Numbered from the stretch's first letter, positions 42,922-57,332 are shown. The stretch: DNA of 64,000 bases from Paraspadella gotoi (GCA_051294375.1 CM119267.1:9387709-9451708); one strand, 5' to 3'. Numbers and translations: made by a program. The notes: a model not told the origin generated them from the sequence alone.

Positions 42922-44184
42922 AGGAGGAAAAGGGCAAAAAGGAGAGAAAGAATGAGAAAATAAAATTTAAAAGGGAAACTATAAAAGAATTTTTACATCT
43001 TCATCAACATTGACATCGAAATCCCCAACCATATCAAAATCGATCCGCGATGAAAGAAAGAAGGTGGGAAAGAAACACGAATGAAAACTAAAGAGAATTT
43101 ATCCGCCATAAGCGTTGGATTTAATCTTTATCACAACCAGGTGTTTTAATTCTTCGATTTATAAAATTTTTTCTTGAATGTTTATATGTTTACCGAAGTT
43201 AAAACACAAAAAAAATAACGCGTTATTTCGGTAAAAACCTTTCATTTCCCCCGGGGAAAAAAAAAATGAGGCAAAAACTCTAAATCTCGTAAAATCTCCC
43301 GCCCATGTTGGGAAGGGGATTCACGTCTCTTCTTTGATTAATAGCCATCTATTAGAAAACGATAAATATTAAAGTCCGAAAAAATAAGGCTTTTTTAAAT
43401 TATTTTTATCATCGAACGAGCGCGAAGCAAATCAGAATTAAGGCAGTTGTCACGAAAAGAAAATTTTGGCTGCGAAAAATCAGTTTCCTCATAAATCGTT
43501 GGGTTGTACTTAAGTCTCTAGATTTAATTTGTAACAAATTGATGTCTTCGTAAAAATAGATACTCCAAAAGCTGGTCCAATTTGTTCATTTTCAGGCATT
43601 AAGTAAGAATATTGATATTTTTTGAAGGGTTAGCGTTACGATATTTTGTCAATTATTGTTTTCTTGAATTTTAGAGTTTACAAATTGATTTTTTTTTAAT
43701 AGATAGAGGAAGTCAGGGAAAGCGGAATAGAATAATCAAGCTTCTTAATCCAAACGATTTTTTTCATTTCACTAATTCTCTATTTCATTAATTCGGTAAT
43801 CATTATTTTGATGCTATCTTTCATATACAATAATTTTCTTATTTGCTAAAACTGAAACATTTATTCACTCATTATTAAGTTTTAATAGAACCATCATCTA
43901 TCTGAGACAAAAACGAAAAATTGTCACATTGAGTCACGGAAGTCCGTAACTAAAAAGTTTTATAAATTTTTTGAAGTCTCATCTTCAATCGTTGCCGTTT
44001 TATTCTTGTCGCTGCGATTGGTCGCCTAATTTCTCCTCGATCTCCTGATTGGTCGTTTCGCTGCTCCACCTTCCCGCGCGAAGAAGGGAGTTTGTAGGGT
44101 GCGTCAAAAAAGAGGGGGGGTGCTCATAGGGAAAACCAGAGAGGGAAAAAGAGAGACTGAGAGAGAGAACAGAGAGAGAGAGAC

Positions 44185-44219
<35 letters not shown>

Positions 44220-44394
44220 AGAGAGAGAGAGAGGGTGGGTGGAGCAATAATGAAGGGATGGAGGACAGGAGGTGTAGCAACGAGCCCGTCCGATCGTCCG
44301 GCTATGGTGCTTTGCCGGCGAGCGCGTTTCGCGCGCGGCGTGGAGAGAGAAAGAGAGGAGAGAGAGAGAGAGAGAGAGAGAGATGAAGAGTGGG

Positions 44395-44512
44395 TATAAA
44401 AGAGTCGCGCGAGAGTTGGTCGAGCTCACTACCGCATCGTTAGGCAGTCAAATACGCGTCCCAGTTTTCATTGTCTTCAACGAGGAATTCAACGACTTAA
44501 AAACAAATCAAG
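44395..44512 (+). promoter_or_regulatory. TATA box and probable non-coding first exon of the EF-hand gene
   Basis: GGGTATAAAAG with TATAAAA at 44395; about 110 nt later ACAAATCAAG|GTAGCG donor. Splicing to either TTAG|ATG exon would give ATCAAG-ATG. Confidence 0.55.
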
Positions 44513-46159
44513 GTAGCGCTTCAATATTTTTTTTTTGTTCTCTTTTTTTCTCTTCGCCTCGGTGGGACCTCTCAATATTTTCGCGACACCGAACCGTAAC
44601 ATTTTAATATTTGATTTCTTTTCTCTTCGTAACCTTAATTCCAGGCTTTAACGGGAGGGGGGGGCACTCTATTAGATTTCTATTTAAAAAAAAAAAACGA
44701 AAAAAAAACCCCGAATAAAACAAAATTAATTTGGAAAAAAACCATTAATCTACCCCAAATTCATAAACGAATAGAGGAAAAACGGTTACTAAAGTTTTAA
44801 TTCGGACGGCGAAATTTTCTTGACGGATTATATCATCATCTGATCCTTGATGCGTCGCATTGAAACATCAACTGGTATGAAATTGAATAACTAAATGTAT
44901 GATAATTAGGATTTGCAAACAAATAAAAATAATCGAATAATTTACTGATAAATATAAACTTAAATTTGTATTATCGATATCTACTACTTTACCCAAGGTC
45001 ATATGAATTAGCAATTATGTACCTCGATATTTCTTTTAAGTCTTATTTCAAAAATATTAATAAAAACTTTTATATATTACTTAAGTAATAAAGTTACTAT
45101 TTCAATCCACGCTAATTTTCAGATTTGTTTTCATTCATTTATTTGGCACATAATTAATAAATAAAAATGATATCAACTCAAAAGATTATGCTCATCGCTA
45201 ACCTTCCTATGAACCAAGTTTATAATGCTTCATAAGGCTTCCTTTATGTGAAAACATTAAAGAAAATATAATTTTTAAAAAATAGAAACCAAATATTAAG
45301 GGAAATATCGAATTTCTTAGAGTGATTTTTGTAAAGTGATATCAACAACCAGACGGAGTTTATGATCGAAAAACAATCAGCGTCTTGTTAAAAAAGTAAA
45401 TTCGTTATAAATAAAAACGACGGATCAAGATCAGATTATGATTCCGAATTAAAAATACTCGTTTTTTGTAAAATTTTCGGTGTTGTTTCTTTATTAACCC
45501 AAAACTTGTAACATTTTTACTAATAATTCGTTGTTTTTTTTTCCGAACGAGAACAGGTGAAGTAGGAAAATTTTAAAATTAATTTTAATAATGTAATTAA
45601 TTTCAAACTAATTACTATTACAATTACCTTTTTTCTCGGCTGACGGATTATCGTGATTTCGGCGAGCGGTCCGGCCTGTCCGCGTGATGCGTTCATCTGC
45701 TTTGATAATCCGATCAAAAAACGTTCGCTTCTCCGATCGAGTCATCCGAACGCCCCCCCCCCCTTCGCTGATGATTTTAAAGCCGAACCGAAGGCTGAAA
45801 CAGAAACCATAAAACCGGGATTACCGAACGTCATAAAACCGGGAACGGGTATTCCCATGAAGCCGGGAATAACGAATATCATAAAACTGGAAATACCGAC
45901 AGTAAAATCAACTTAAAACAGAACACCATGAAACTAATAATACCACGAAACTTCATGATATAAATGAGAGAGGGAAAAAGGAAGGAATCTTATTATCTTC
46001 TAAAAACATCTTTCAATACTATACTTATAAGCAAATTAAAATGAAGATTTAAGACACGGTTAAATTATTTAAACATGAGAAAAAGGTTTCTAATTAACCT
46101 CCCAAAATTTCGCGCAAGAATCTCGTCGAACCTCAGAAATGTAATCAATGGAAATTTGT

Positions 46160-46311
46160 TCCTCTCTCTCTTTCTCTCTCTCTCTCTCTGATTGTTTCTT
46201 TCTTTCTTTCTTTCTTTTTTTCTTTCTTTCTTTTTTCTTTCTTACTCTCTCTCTCTCTTTCTCTTTCTCTCTTTCTCTCTCTATCTTTCTTTCTCTCTCT
46301 ATCTTTCTTTC

Positions 46312-46354
<43 letters not shown>

Positions 46355-46393
46355 TTTTCTTCTTTCTTCTTTCTTTTTCTCTCTCTCTCTTTC

Positions 46394-46434
<41 letters not shown>

Positions 46435-46444
46435 TTTTCTTTCT

Positions 46445-46482
<38 letters not shown>

Positions 46483-46490
46483 TTCCTTCC
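46160..46490. repeat. compound (CT)/(CTTT)n polypyrimidine tract
   Basis: About 330 bp almost entirely C/T. Confidence 0.95.
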
Positions 46491-46664
46491 ATTCTAACTC
46501 ATTATAGATTGATTTACATTTGAGATTATTCGACAAACAACCGGGAATCCGATTCGATTCTCGCTTTGAGTCGAGATTGAAACGAAGGGGGAGAAACGAA
46601 AATCTCGTACCTTTTCGCCCCAGAGAGAGACAGAGAGAGAGAGAAGAGAGAGAGAGAGAGAAAT

Positions 46665-46707
<43 letters not shown>

Positions 46708-48113
46708 CGTGGGCGTGCCGAGAAACCGCTTGGGACCTCGAATCGATGATGACTCGACGCCGGACGTGACTCTGGGCGTTGCAGTTGTCGTCGTCGTTGT
46801 TGTTTTTCTTGCGATAAGGAATCCAGGGCGAAGGAGTCTCGCAGTTGGAAGGATGAGACGATGAGACGGCGCGTCATCGGAAAAACGAAATGCTGTAAAT
46901 TTTTAACTCTCGTTTAATTTCTAACATATCGTTCAATGTCACATAGTTTATGTTTCGAGTGTAATATACAATTATACATTGCCTCTGTTCTTTTTTCTCA
47001 ATCGAACATCTTTTTCTCGCGCGCCTCATCCGGCCGAATCACCCATCTCCCTTCAACCCCCCCCCCCCTCCGCCCCCACCATGAAAAACATCAGCTCGGC
47101 TTTCGCCTGTTTTTCTTATCGCTCCGTATTTTTCCTGAAAACTTTTTTTTTTTTTTGGTTCATTGCCAAACGAGCGATAAAAACATACCTTAATTACTCG
47201 ATAATAACACGTCAAAACTTCCTTCGCCCCCGAATGTTTAGATGAATATATATATATATATTTCCCTTTCTTTAAAAAAAAAAAGAAGATATGTAGTTAT
47301 GTACCGGTCGATCGTTCATAAATCTCGACGCCGCCTCTAAGGTATAGAGAGATCTCTCATCGACGTCGGGCGATCATCATATTGTTTTTTTTTTCGGTTT
47401 GAGGATTCGTCGTCGTCGTCGTCGTCGTCCTCGTCGACCAGGCTGCTCGAAGGAAGAAACTTCATTGTTTCAGGCCCCACCATTTCGATACTCCCTTCGT
47501 TTTTCCCGGGCCCCCCCTGACCTGTCAAAACCCCTAACCCCCCATCATTATCTCTCTCTTTCTCTCTCGCCACAGTTTCTCCCCGACCCTCCACCCGCTT
47601 TTCCGATTCAGACTCGATCGATCTTTCGTTGATGACGGGACCAATTCTTTTTTTTTCTCATCGCAACCCTCTATCGTCTCCGCCCCCCCCCCTCTCGAAA
47701 TAACAAACCTTCGATGTTCAGGAATCAAACGGACGGAGCCTCGATCTCGATGACCAATCGCTACCCATCCCCGCAAACTCTCTTCGTTCTTCTCTCTCCG
47801 TCCCCCTCTCTCTCCACCCCACCGGGAAAGGGTTTGGGGGTGGGGTAGGGGGGCGTCCGGGGGTGGAGAGATTTTCTAAAAGTGCATCCTTGATATAGTC
47901 GACGATTTTATCAGCTTTTCTATTTCTCTTACCTTCTTTTTTTTGGTAGGGGGGTTTAATTCGTAGGTTTACAGAAGTTTTCTAATTTTCAGTCGCCCAT
48001 TGCAACAATTCCTCTCTTCCTCTTCCTCTCCCCCTTCATCTTCCATCTTCCCCTCCTCCTCTCCCCCTCCCCTCGAATCCAATTAACACTTTTGCCGTTG
48101 ATCAATTTTTTAG

Positions 48114-48745
48114 ATGGGTGACTTTCTCAAAGCCAAGTTTGATTTCCTCTTCAAATACAGATACGGTGAGTTAAATCGTTTCTTTCTCGTAGTCTAATTA
48201 GATTCGTTTTCCCCTCTTTTTTTTTTCCTTCTCGTCGCCGCTGCTTTGTCCTTTTTCCCTCCCTTTTTCGACTTAAATGGTTAGATGGGTGATTTCCTTA
48301 AAGCAAAGTTTGAATTTCTCTTCAAGTATAGATATGGTGAGTAGAGTAGTAAAGGGCATGTTCTATCGAAATCATCACATACGCCTGCTTACTACCAACG
48401 AAATTAGTTAACACAATCCCTAAGATCTGCGGTACTCTTTTTAACTATCGTATGATATGTTTATTTAAACAAGTAAATGACCAAGTAACGATGATGATAA
48501 TTAATAGATAAAATTTGTGTATCAATATATCCCTTTTTAATTTTAGATCTAAACACTGCATGACAGTGAAACCTTTTTTTAAAATTTCATTAACGAAAAA
48601 TTTTTTTGGGTGTACCGAATCAAAATTATTTTGTTAACAACAATTTCAGTTATAACTAATATATTCGCTGCTTTCTCTTTTTTATTAAAAACTCTAAGTA
48701 CACAGTGGTAGCTAACCTTTTTCTCTCTATTAACATCAATGACAC

Positions 48746-48797
<52 letters not shown>

Positions 48798-50938
48798 CGA
48801 ACTCGAAGAACGTGATCCAATAATCCATCCCTGTTCCACAACCGCCCACAGACGTCAACGGCGACGGCGTGGTCAACTTCGATGACTATGAAGCCGTCGT
48901 GGAGAAGCTCTCCGGCGCCGCGGGCGTCAAGCCGGGAGACGTCTTCTACGACGCCACCCTCAAGTACCAGAAGGAAGTTTTCCAGGTGTGTGTGGGTGGG
49001 CTCTATTTCGCAGGGGTGAAAAGTAACGGGAAAGTCTTATAGGATCTCAAAGAATATATACATAAGATTAAATCCGATTGATTCGTTGTCGTTTCAGTTC
49101 CTGATGGATCACGCGGACGTCGATCACGATGGCAAGATCGACTGCGGCGAGTTCGCCGCCTGGGCCACCGGTCAGTTTAATTTTGAGTTGAATGTCTACA
49201 GACTCTGCACATATAATAACTAAACTAAATGTACCTTAGTAAATTTGCTATAAATTGCTAAATTTGATTTAATATAAAAAGTAATATACCCCTTCCCAAT
49301 AACGAATTATTACATATAATAAAAATTTAAAAAACAGTATAACAATTGAATAATATAAATTAAATAAATAGTAAAGTCTTATAAAATATGAAAATAGTGA
49401 ACAAGTAATTTTTTGAAAATTTTTTTCAATTGTACCAATTGTATCCAAAATGGTTCCAGGTGTCGGCGCGGAGATCGCCGCCTCAGGAACCATTCCACAG
49501 CACCTTCAGGGATTCTTCAAAGCTTCCTTCGCCAACTCTGACCAGAACGGTGAGCTTAGTTTTTCCCTAGAATGAATGTAATTTAGTGTGTAATTCAACG
49601 GTTGAAACTAATACGATGTCAACAACCCGCTTTCGTTTCCAGGCGACGGTGAAATCGACAGGGACGAGTTCATTGCCCTCCAGAAGCTTTGGGATGTCCC
49701 CGAGGACAAGGCGGGCATGGGATTTGACAAGCTCACGAACGTACGTACCAAGCTGTGTGAAGCATGCTTGTAAACATACCTTTTTCCAATGTTTTTTTTT
49801 TGGTGGCTCAAAAAAAAAAATTAACTACATATATACTGTTTACCAAAGAAAAAAGCTCATTCAATGATCAAAAACGCTTTTTCCCCCCTTTTACTCCCCT
49901 CGATCGGCATGGCAACGACTTGGCAACGGCATGAAAACGATTCCCTCGCGCGGCATGCTCTTTCCCGCTTTGGTTTTTCCCTACATCCGCTTTTTTCCCC
50001 GAACCCGCCTCGTTTCCTCATCCCGCTCGAGCAGAACGGAGCCAACGCGATGAATGAAGAAAATTGGCTGAACTACACCAAAAAGTTTTACACCTGCAAC
50101 GATCCAGCCGATCCCAGCAGATATTACTTTGGATTTTATTAATCTCAATATAGCTCAATATATATTTTATTTTATGATTACGTGAAATATTATATGATTG
50201 TTGACTTGATTCCAAATCAATATTCTGCTGATGCTCAAAGAAAAAAAAAAAACAACGAAAATCGTCCGTAAGATTTTAATTGTTGTAAAGTTTTAAAATG
50301 ATTGATTGCATAACCAAAGGCTAATACTTTCCTTTTTTTTTTCTCTACATATATCCCATAGTTAAGTCATTAGAATCCAGACTGGTTGCGTTTAACTCGA
50401 AATAAATTACAGCGTTCATACAACCTTTTTTCATGTTTTTATGCCGTAGAATACATTTTTTCACAACAGTTTTTTGCATGGAAATAGAAAAACTGAGTTC
50501 AGAGAAGAAAAAATACTCTAGCTTAAATTCGTTACTCGAATTAAAATCTTGAGTGGAAACTAAATCAGCCATAAATCTGATCGATCTAATCAGATCTAGG
50601 ATTTTAGTATAATGCCAATTCCCGAATAACAGCGTTAGACCAAAACCTAGTAAATAAGCATGGCTTATGAAAACCAAGTGCCTCACCAAGATTTTGCAGC
50701 ATGAAAGAAGCACGATTCTGGCTTAAAATTCCAAATTCGCACGTTTTGGACTATTTCTTAGGAAAACGATCAGCAATGAAAATTTCTTTAAAAATCGCAA
50801 TAAAATTTTAAAATCTTTAACTTTTGCCAGAATGGAGCGAATAAACTGGACGAGTCGTGCTGGATGGGCTACGCCACCAAGTTTTTCACGTCTAACGATC
50901 CCAATGACTCAAGCCGCTACTACTTCGGCTTCCATTAA
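48114..50938 (+). CDS. sarcoplasmic calcium-binding protein/calexcitin-like EF-hand protein with alternative first and last coding exons
   Basis: Exons 1a 48114-48165 or 1b 48285-48336; then 48852-48985, 49098-49170, 49460-49549, 49643-49740; then 6a 50035-50142 or 6b 50831-50938. EF loops DVNGDGVVNFDD, DVDHDGKIDCGE and DQNGDGEIDRDE; degenerate fourth loop; C-terminal ...SRYYFGF. Confidence 0.9.
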
Positions 50939-52195
50939 AAACTTTTGCGTGCTTAAATTAGAATATAACTAATTGCCACAAATTGGTGAATGCCGAATAC
51001 GACCGCCAACTAGAAGCGAAGATACTTAAAAGATAAAAAAGCTGTGTTCTTTCCGAGATGTCTCGGAAAATCCTCGTTCGTATCGTCACTTCGTCAGTCA
51101 CCATTTAAATCGTCGAGAACTCCATCTATAGTCGCGAACAATCGAAAATTAGTATATATATGTTTTTTTTTAAATAGCGTTCCAAAGCTACAGGAATAAT
51201 GATGCAGAACCAAAGAGAGAGAAATTGTTTTTTTAATTTTTCGTGAGCATGAATTCTTATATCTTCCCCATTTTCGATCCTTCATATCGTAGTCTGTTTA
51301 CATGCTGCCTATTTGTAAAATTAAAAATGGGTTTCGTTATTATTTTCGAAGTTGCGCTACTATTTGCTATTATGCAAATCAATCAGCTAATAACAACAGC
51401 TAGATAAACCTCGATTGTTAGGGGAATTTAACCTAATTTTCGCCACATTTTTCAAAAGTTTTCATTGCTAATGAAATAAAAGCATAATTATCGTAGTACT
51501 ATGGTATGACAATTTTATATGCCAAAATATTTTTTTTCTCTAAAGGAAAGGAGAAAAACAACATGAATAGAAAATTCGAGTCATTGGCTGTTGTCAAAAG
51601 GTAAGCGAGAAAAAGCAAAAATTCTTTAACTTAAAAAGGAAACAACATTTCACATTAGGAGGTAGAATTGTGATGGTCATAAGAACCGAATGTTAGTTTG
51701 TTGCTTTTAAAATAATTAAAATTATTTCGAAAAATCTAAACGTTCATGTCCAATACGAAATCGCGATCGGCGACTGACGAGTAAATTAACGAATTGAAAT
51801 AAAACAAAAGAGCCATCCGCAACTCTGGTCCAACATCGCGTGGCTAAAGTTCAATAGGTTTTGTTTTTCAGGGTATCTTGGTAACCGCCTTGATTTAACT
51901 TCTAATTTCCAAGATATTTATTTTCCGCGGTCCGGTGACTTTAGAAATAATCGATTAAAATTTCTATTGCGTTCTTAGTCGACTAAAGACTATTGTATTT
52001 TAATAACTCTCTATACCTACTACTAGTTCAACAGAAACTTTTCTTTGTTCCGACAGAATGCATTTTTAGGGATTTTTCAATTCTATCTAAATCGGATTAT
52101 TATAATTTTGATTCTTACGAAGACATAATTGATAATTTTCAAGTCAATAAAACGAAATTTAATATAAATATCAAATAAAAGAGCAAACGATCACA

Positions 52196-53205
52196 ATGCC
52201 CTCGGCTCTGACGGAGAAATCCTCGGAACGGCGACTGAAGCGTCGTGGCGGAAGCATCACGTCTCACGGCGGCAGCACAACCCATGGCGCCGCTGGAGGT
52301 AGGGACCTCACTTAAAAAGTTGGAGATGGTAAAATTCAAAATCTCCTAAAAACGAACAAGAATATACTTTACAGCAGCGGATATTTTTATTTTAAGCGCC
52401 ACAAACCGCAACTAACCTTCAGTTTATTCTTATTTAATAGATTTACCTCGCCCCTCCCCCCCTTCAAAGGTCTCCACCACAAACAAGGATCCATGTCATC
52501 CATATCTTTCTTCGACGATCATTCTCACGAGGATCCTTCCAAATCTCTCCAGCGTCTCGAGAACACCTACCAACTTACGCCCGATCGAAAGTTCTTAGCA
52601 GCTCAAGCGCGGCACATTCTGCAAGAGGTTATTGAAGGCTATTTGGCAGAGGAAAAGTACGACGCGGAACTTTGCCGGCAGATGGCGAGGACCATCGCCG
52701 ACGTTGCCAAGGCGAGAGTCAAGGAGCTTCTTTATGCCAGGTTGGAGACGAAAGAAAGCTTCATGGGTCGATACTCGATAGTACATAGTTTTAGTTGTCA
52801 AATGAAGTAGTCAATGGTTAAAGAAGGTTTTTTCTTAATAAATAAACTTGGAAAATCCCGGCGGAAAAAATAACAAACAAAATCTTCTCATCGAGAGATA
52901 TTAAGAGATGAACCAATTGTATCATCAGAACAATTTATCGAATAGAAAAACGCTAATTTCTGGTTACATTCTCGTACATCTCGTTATTGTAAATTGTAAT
53001 TTTCTATTCATTTTCACTTTTGTTTTTACCGTTTCCTAGATACAAGATCGTTTGTCTGATTCACGTGGGACAACTGCGAGACCAAGGATTGGTTCTTGGA
53101 AGTCGTTGCTTATGGGACACGAGTAATGACACATTTGCCTGTTACGAGTTTCGCAATGGTTCTCTCTTTGCAGTGGGAGTTATCTACGCCGTTTATTATG
53201 AATGA
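52196..53205 (+). CDS. Tctex1-domain dynein light chain (TCTEX1D1/DYNLT5-like)
   Basis: Exons 52196-52298, 52470-52740, 53040-53205; motifs LENTYQLTP, RYKIVCLIHVGQ, SRCLWDTSNDTFA, NGSLFAVGVIYAVYYE*. Confidence 0.9.
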
Positions 53206-53671
53206 TTGCTACTGTAGAAGCGATATTAGATTCCTCTACGCCCCACCTATACCTAGATTTCGTTCGAGGTTACTTTTGAACAAGAAAATTCGTTTTTAAC
53301 GCAGTTTTTTTGTCGCTAAATGGCCACGAAACATAGCGTTTATGTTATTAAACAAACTATCTATTTTTTTCACTAGGTTTTTTCCGTCAACCCACCACTC
53401 AACAGTTAGCTTTATAGGCCGTTCACGGCTTTTATACCTCGTACTTTTATTTCAATTTTTAAATGTTTAGAGGTAGCTCGTTATATTTTTTACCCGCTTT
53501 GGCCATCAAATTTTTACACATACCAAGTATTACGTATTATGCTTTTTATTTTGTCCTAATTTAAATCCGAGTTTATTTCCCCAACTGATTTAAAAAGTTT
53601 TCAAATTTGCCAAATTTAAAGGCAAACATGGTGACTTAACGATACGATCGCAACAAATTTTCACTCATAAC

Positions 53672-56600
53672 ATGCCGAGCGTCAACGACGACGACATTCC
53701 AAACGACAAGCTCGAGGATGGCGACGAAATTCCCACGTGCCCGTCACAATTGGCTGAGATGGTGTCCGACGCGCTCGTGGAAGGGCGGGACCTCTTCGCG
53801 AGAGGAGAACATCCGAGTAATGAATTTAGTTGTTGTTGTTTTTTCTCGTCGCTGGTTAATCTTCACTTTCGGACTTCACCGACAGGCGCCGTGATTAAAC
53901 TGAGATCCGCGTTCGACCTGTCGTGGGCTCTGTTGAATTTGAAGCGGCGTTCCTTGGAAAATGGACCTAAGGAAGAAGGTGATAAAATTGAAATTAATTG
54001 ATAAACTTTGAACATCAATTAATAACTTAAATCAAAACTTAGGTTGGAGAGAGTACTCAGTTTTTTGTTTGGCTGTCGCGATAAATTACGGCGCTATCCT
54101 TACTGCTTGTGAACAACCCCAGGAGGCGCTTCAAGGTGAAATTGCATTCTATGCAATATACATGTCGATATTTTTATACATATATTTTTATGTTTGTAAA
54201 GGTTTGCCAATTTAATAAATGTATATTTTATATACTAATACTCTCGGTTGCGATGTACAAAGTGAATAATGGTGGAAATTATCATAGGAATGATCCGAGC
54301 TCAATCTTTGACTGGTTTTGTGCAAGGGGCGGTGAAACAAGAAAAGCGCGTGAGTAAAAAAGAAAATTAAATTAATTAAGAACGAACAAAACTTTGTGCT
54401 TCCAAAGTAGCCGCGTTCAATTGACTCAGGGTTCGTCCGAAAGCGATTCCGGGTGTCGCTCTTGCGGCCAGACCTTTGAATCGACTTCCCTAACAGGAGA
54501 GATGCTGGAGGCGTTGCCGGGTCACCTCTTCTTCAACATGGGTCTCGCCAATGAGTCGACGAACCAGTTCGAAGCCGCGATTCTTTCTTACCAAAAGGCG
54601 ATGCTAGTTTACCGTGAGACAGAAATGGAGGATAGAGTTAACAAGGTATCTTTTGTTTTTTTCTGCTTTTTAATCTTGGATTCAATCTATTAAATTTATC
54701 ATTGCTAAATTAATTTGGAGTAAAGACAAACAGACAGACTCACACTCACACACACAAATTCTAAGAACATACCCAATCTCCTCAGATCGCTATTCGGATC
54801 GCGGAATGTCACGCCCGCCTGGGAGACTACAACGTGGCCGCCTCCTCGCTACAACCGCTAACTGTCGGCGCCAAAATCGACAGGTTTTTCTCGGCGGAGA
54901 GTTTCGCGCAGACCCTTGGTCTCTACTTGCGCCAGGCGACCCTGTTTCTCGAAGCGTCGATGGAGAGGGACTGTCTCCGCACCTGCGACGACGCCGTCGC
55001 GCGCCTCACTTCTCGAGAAACGCTCGTCGCTATCCAGAGCGAATCGAACCCCGAGACGTTGGAGATAATCTTCAAACGGTGCAACGCCTTGGCGCTGATC
55101 TATCTCGACTGTCGAGAGAGCGCCAAGGGCGTAACCGTCCTAAAGATAGCAAGGCAAATATCGGATACAGCGGCGAAGGCGGGTTCCAAATTGGTCGTCG
55201 AACATCAGGGCGTCGTTTTGCAGAATTTGGGAGTGGCGCACATCCTCCTGAGGAATTACTCGAAGGCTATCCCGCTGTTGGACGAAGCAGCGACGATAAA
55301 CGGGCGACTCAACCGTCGATCCCATCAGAGCCAATGCTTGTTTAATCTGGGATTCTGCTTGACGCGCGCGGAAGAGTATCAGCAAGCAATCGAGACTTTT
55401 CTTCACGCCTACCAGGCGTCCAAAGAGGCGGGGGACGTGGCCGGGGAATGGCGAGCGTTGGAAGCGACCGGCGCCGCCTACGCCGCTGTCGGCTACAACA
55501 CGATGGCTGCGCGATATTTTCAAAAATCGGCGGCGACAATCGAGACTAACCCGGACTCTTCGAAACTAAAAGAGCAACGAGAGGCGATTAAGCGACTCTA
55601 TGCCAGGCTTTCGGCGTTGGCGACGACGCCGCAGCAGACGATCGCCAACGGCGCCGCCGTCGCTATTATTCGCGACGTGGATGGGGCGACTGCGACGGCC
55701 GTGTCTAAAAGATCGTCCCGGTCGTCACGTCGATCGAGGACAAGGGAGAAGACTGTCAACGGAACCGGGAAAAGAAGAAACGCGGGTCTGAATCGGAGCA
55801 AGAAGTTGAACAGAGTTCCAAGACAGTTCGAGACCGTCGTCCAGGGCCTGCAGTACGACAGCGATCTCTACGATTCGGAGGAGGAGTTCAGCGACGAATA
55901 TGACGACGAAAGCGACGATGACGACGATTTGGTCGCGAATCTCGCGGAGAGGAATGCAGGGGGGGCGACGCGAGACACAGATTCTGAGCAACTGAGCGAG
56001 ATGGTGCAGGAGATGCAGAAAATTCAAGACGGATGCGAAACGGGCCAGGGCCTCTCGACTATCGGCGGAAGAGGCGTCGTGACGTCTACTGCAGACTCGG
56101 TGCAACCATTCAACGAGACCTATTTGACGCCCCTTTCAGAGCCGACAGCGGGACCCTCGCGATCGAACGACTCGCCCGAAATTCTCTATGCCACCGTCAA
56201 CACTTTGCAGCCTCCCAGCGCGCGGAGCCTGAACAGCAGCAAAAGCAGCTGCAGCGGAAGCAGCATCGGAGGCAGGAGGACTCCGGCGAAGAGCGTCAAG
56301 GTTAACGACGACGGAACGTCCCGTGATACTTCTCCCATTTACGAAACTCTGAACAGAAACAACTTAAACACGTCTCGCGTGAAAATGGCCAAGAATGAAT
56401 CACCGTCTCCGCCGCCTCCGCTTCCTCCTCCCAAGCCGCCCCGACGACACGGAGCAGCATTAGTGGACGGATCGGCGTCTTCGAGAACGACGCCGTCTCC
56501 CTCGGCGCCAACGTCGTCGGATCATCAAGACAACGAGAGCCAGAGACGCGAATCGTCACCGCCGCCTCGAGTTCGAATCAGCGATGGAGCTGGAGAAACT

Positions 56601-57332
56601 CGAAAAGGATCTTCGACGCATCGAGAGATCGATAGAAACAGAGAGTCATTCCCACCGAGAGGGATAGAAGAGATAGGAGATAGAGATGACATTGACGAAA
56701 GAAAGGAGAGAGGAGATAGAGATGACATTGACGAGAGAAAGGAGAGAGGATATAGAAGTGGAAGGAGATCCTCGTCGTCGTCGGAAGAATCTAGTGAAGT
56801 AAGAATCGCTTACTTTTGTTACTTGGTTTCTTTTCGCTTTGGTTTTTTTATATTCTTTTTCGCTTCTTTTGTTTTCAGTTCTCATTAATTTTCATATGTT
56901 CAATTTTCATCTTGTCTTTGTCTTACTTTTCGGTTTATAACTTTATTTCATTTACTTTAATTTTTTTTTCTTTGCTTTTTGTTTTTAAATCTTTTGTTTT
57001 TCTACTTTGAGGCGTTAGCTTTTTGTTTATTTTTGTTGAACCTTTATGATGGATAATTTTTTTTTACGTTTTTTTAGGATGACGAGAGAGAAGACTCGAA
57101 TTATCGAGCCAGGCAAATCAGAAACGGCGACGATCGGCCCTATCGTGATCCCAATAGCTACAACCAATCAAACTCATACGTATCTGACCGATGGAATCCT
57201 CAAGATCATCATGGGCGCGTTGCTTCCAACTCCATGTCCGAGGCAAACCAAAACACGCATCAAAACTCTAATAATAATGCTCATTTAATTAATGTTCCTC
57301 AACAAAAATCTAAACTCTGTACAATTTCTTGA
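53672..57332 (+). CDS. TPR-repeat protein (TTC24-like) with long disordered C-terminus and CaaX box
   Basis: Small 5' exons from 53672 to ~54646 (boundaries approximate), long exon ~54786-56798, last exon 57078-57332. TPR helices (LFFNMGLA, VLQNLGVAH, CLFNLGFC, ALEATGAAY); ends KSKLCTIS*. Confidence 0.75.

Noticed and set aside
45653-45916. Plus-strand ORF with IKPG repeats
   Set aside because: It derives from a degenerate ~24-bp tandem repeat, has no ATG start or splice support, and the better exon signals are on the minus strand.
46090-46536. K/E/R-rich and F/L/S-rich ORFs here and at 18401-18619, 20643-20957, 24357-24659, 42763-42963, 44099-44429
   Set aside because: They are translations of GA/GAAA microsatellites.
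48114-50938. Aequorin-type photoprotein
   Set aside because: Loops 1-3 look functional and loop 4 degenerate, the SCP/calexcitin pattern. Photoproteins use loops 1, 3 and 4 and typically end in Pro.
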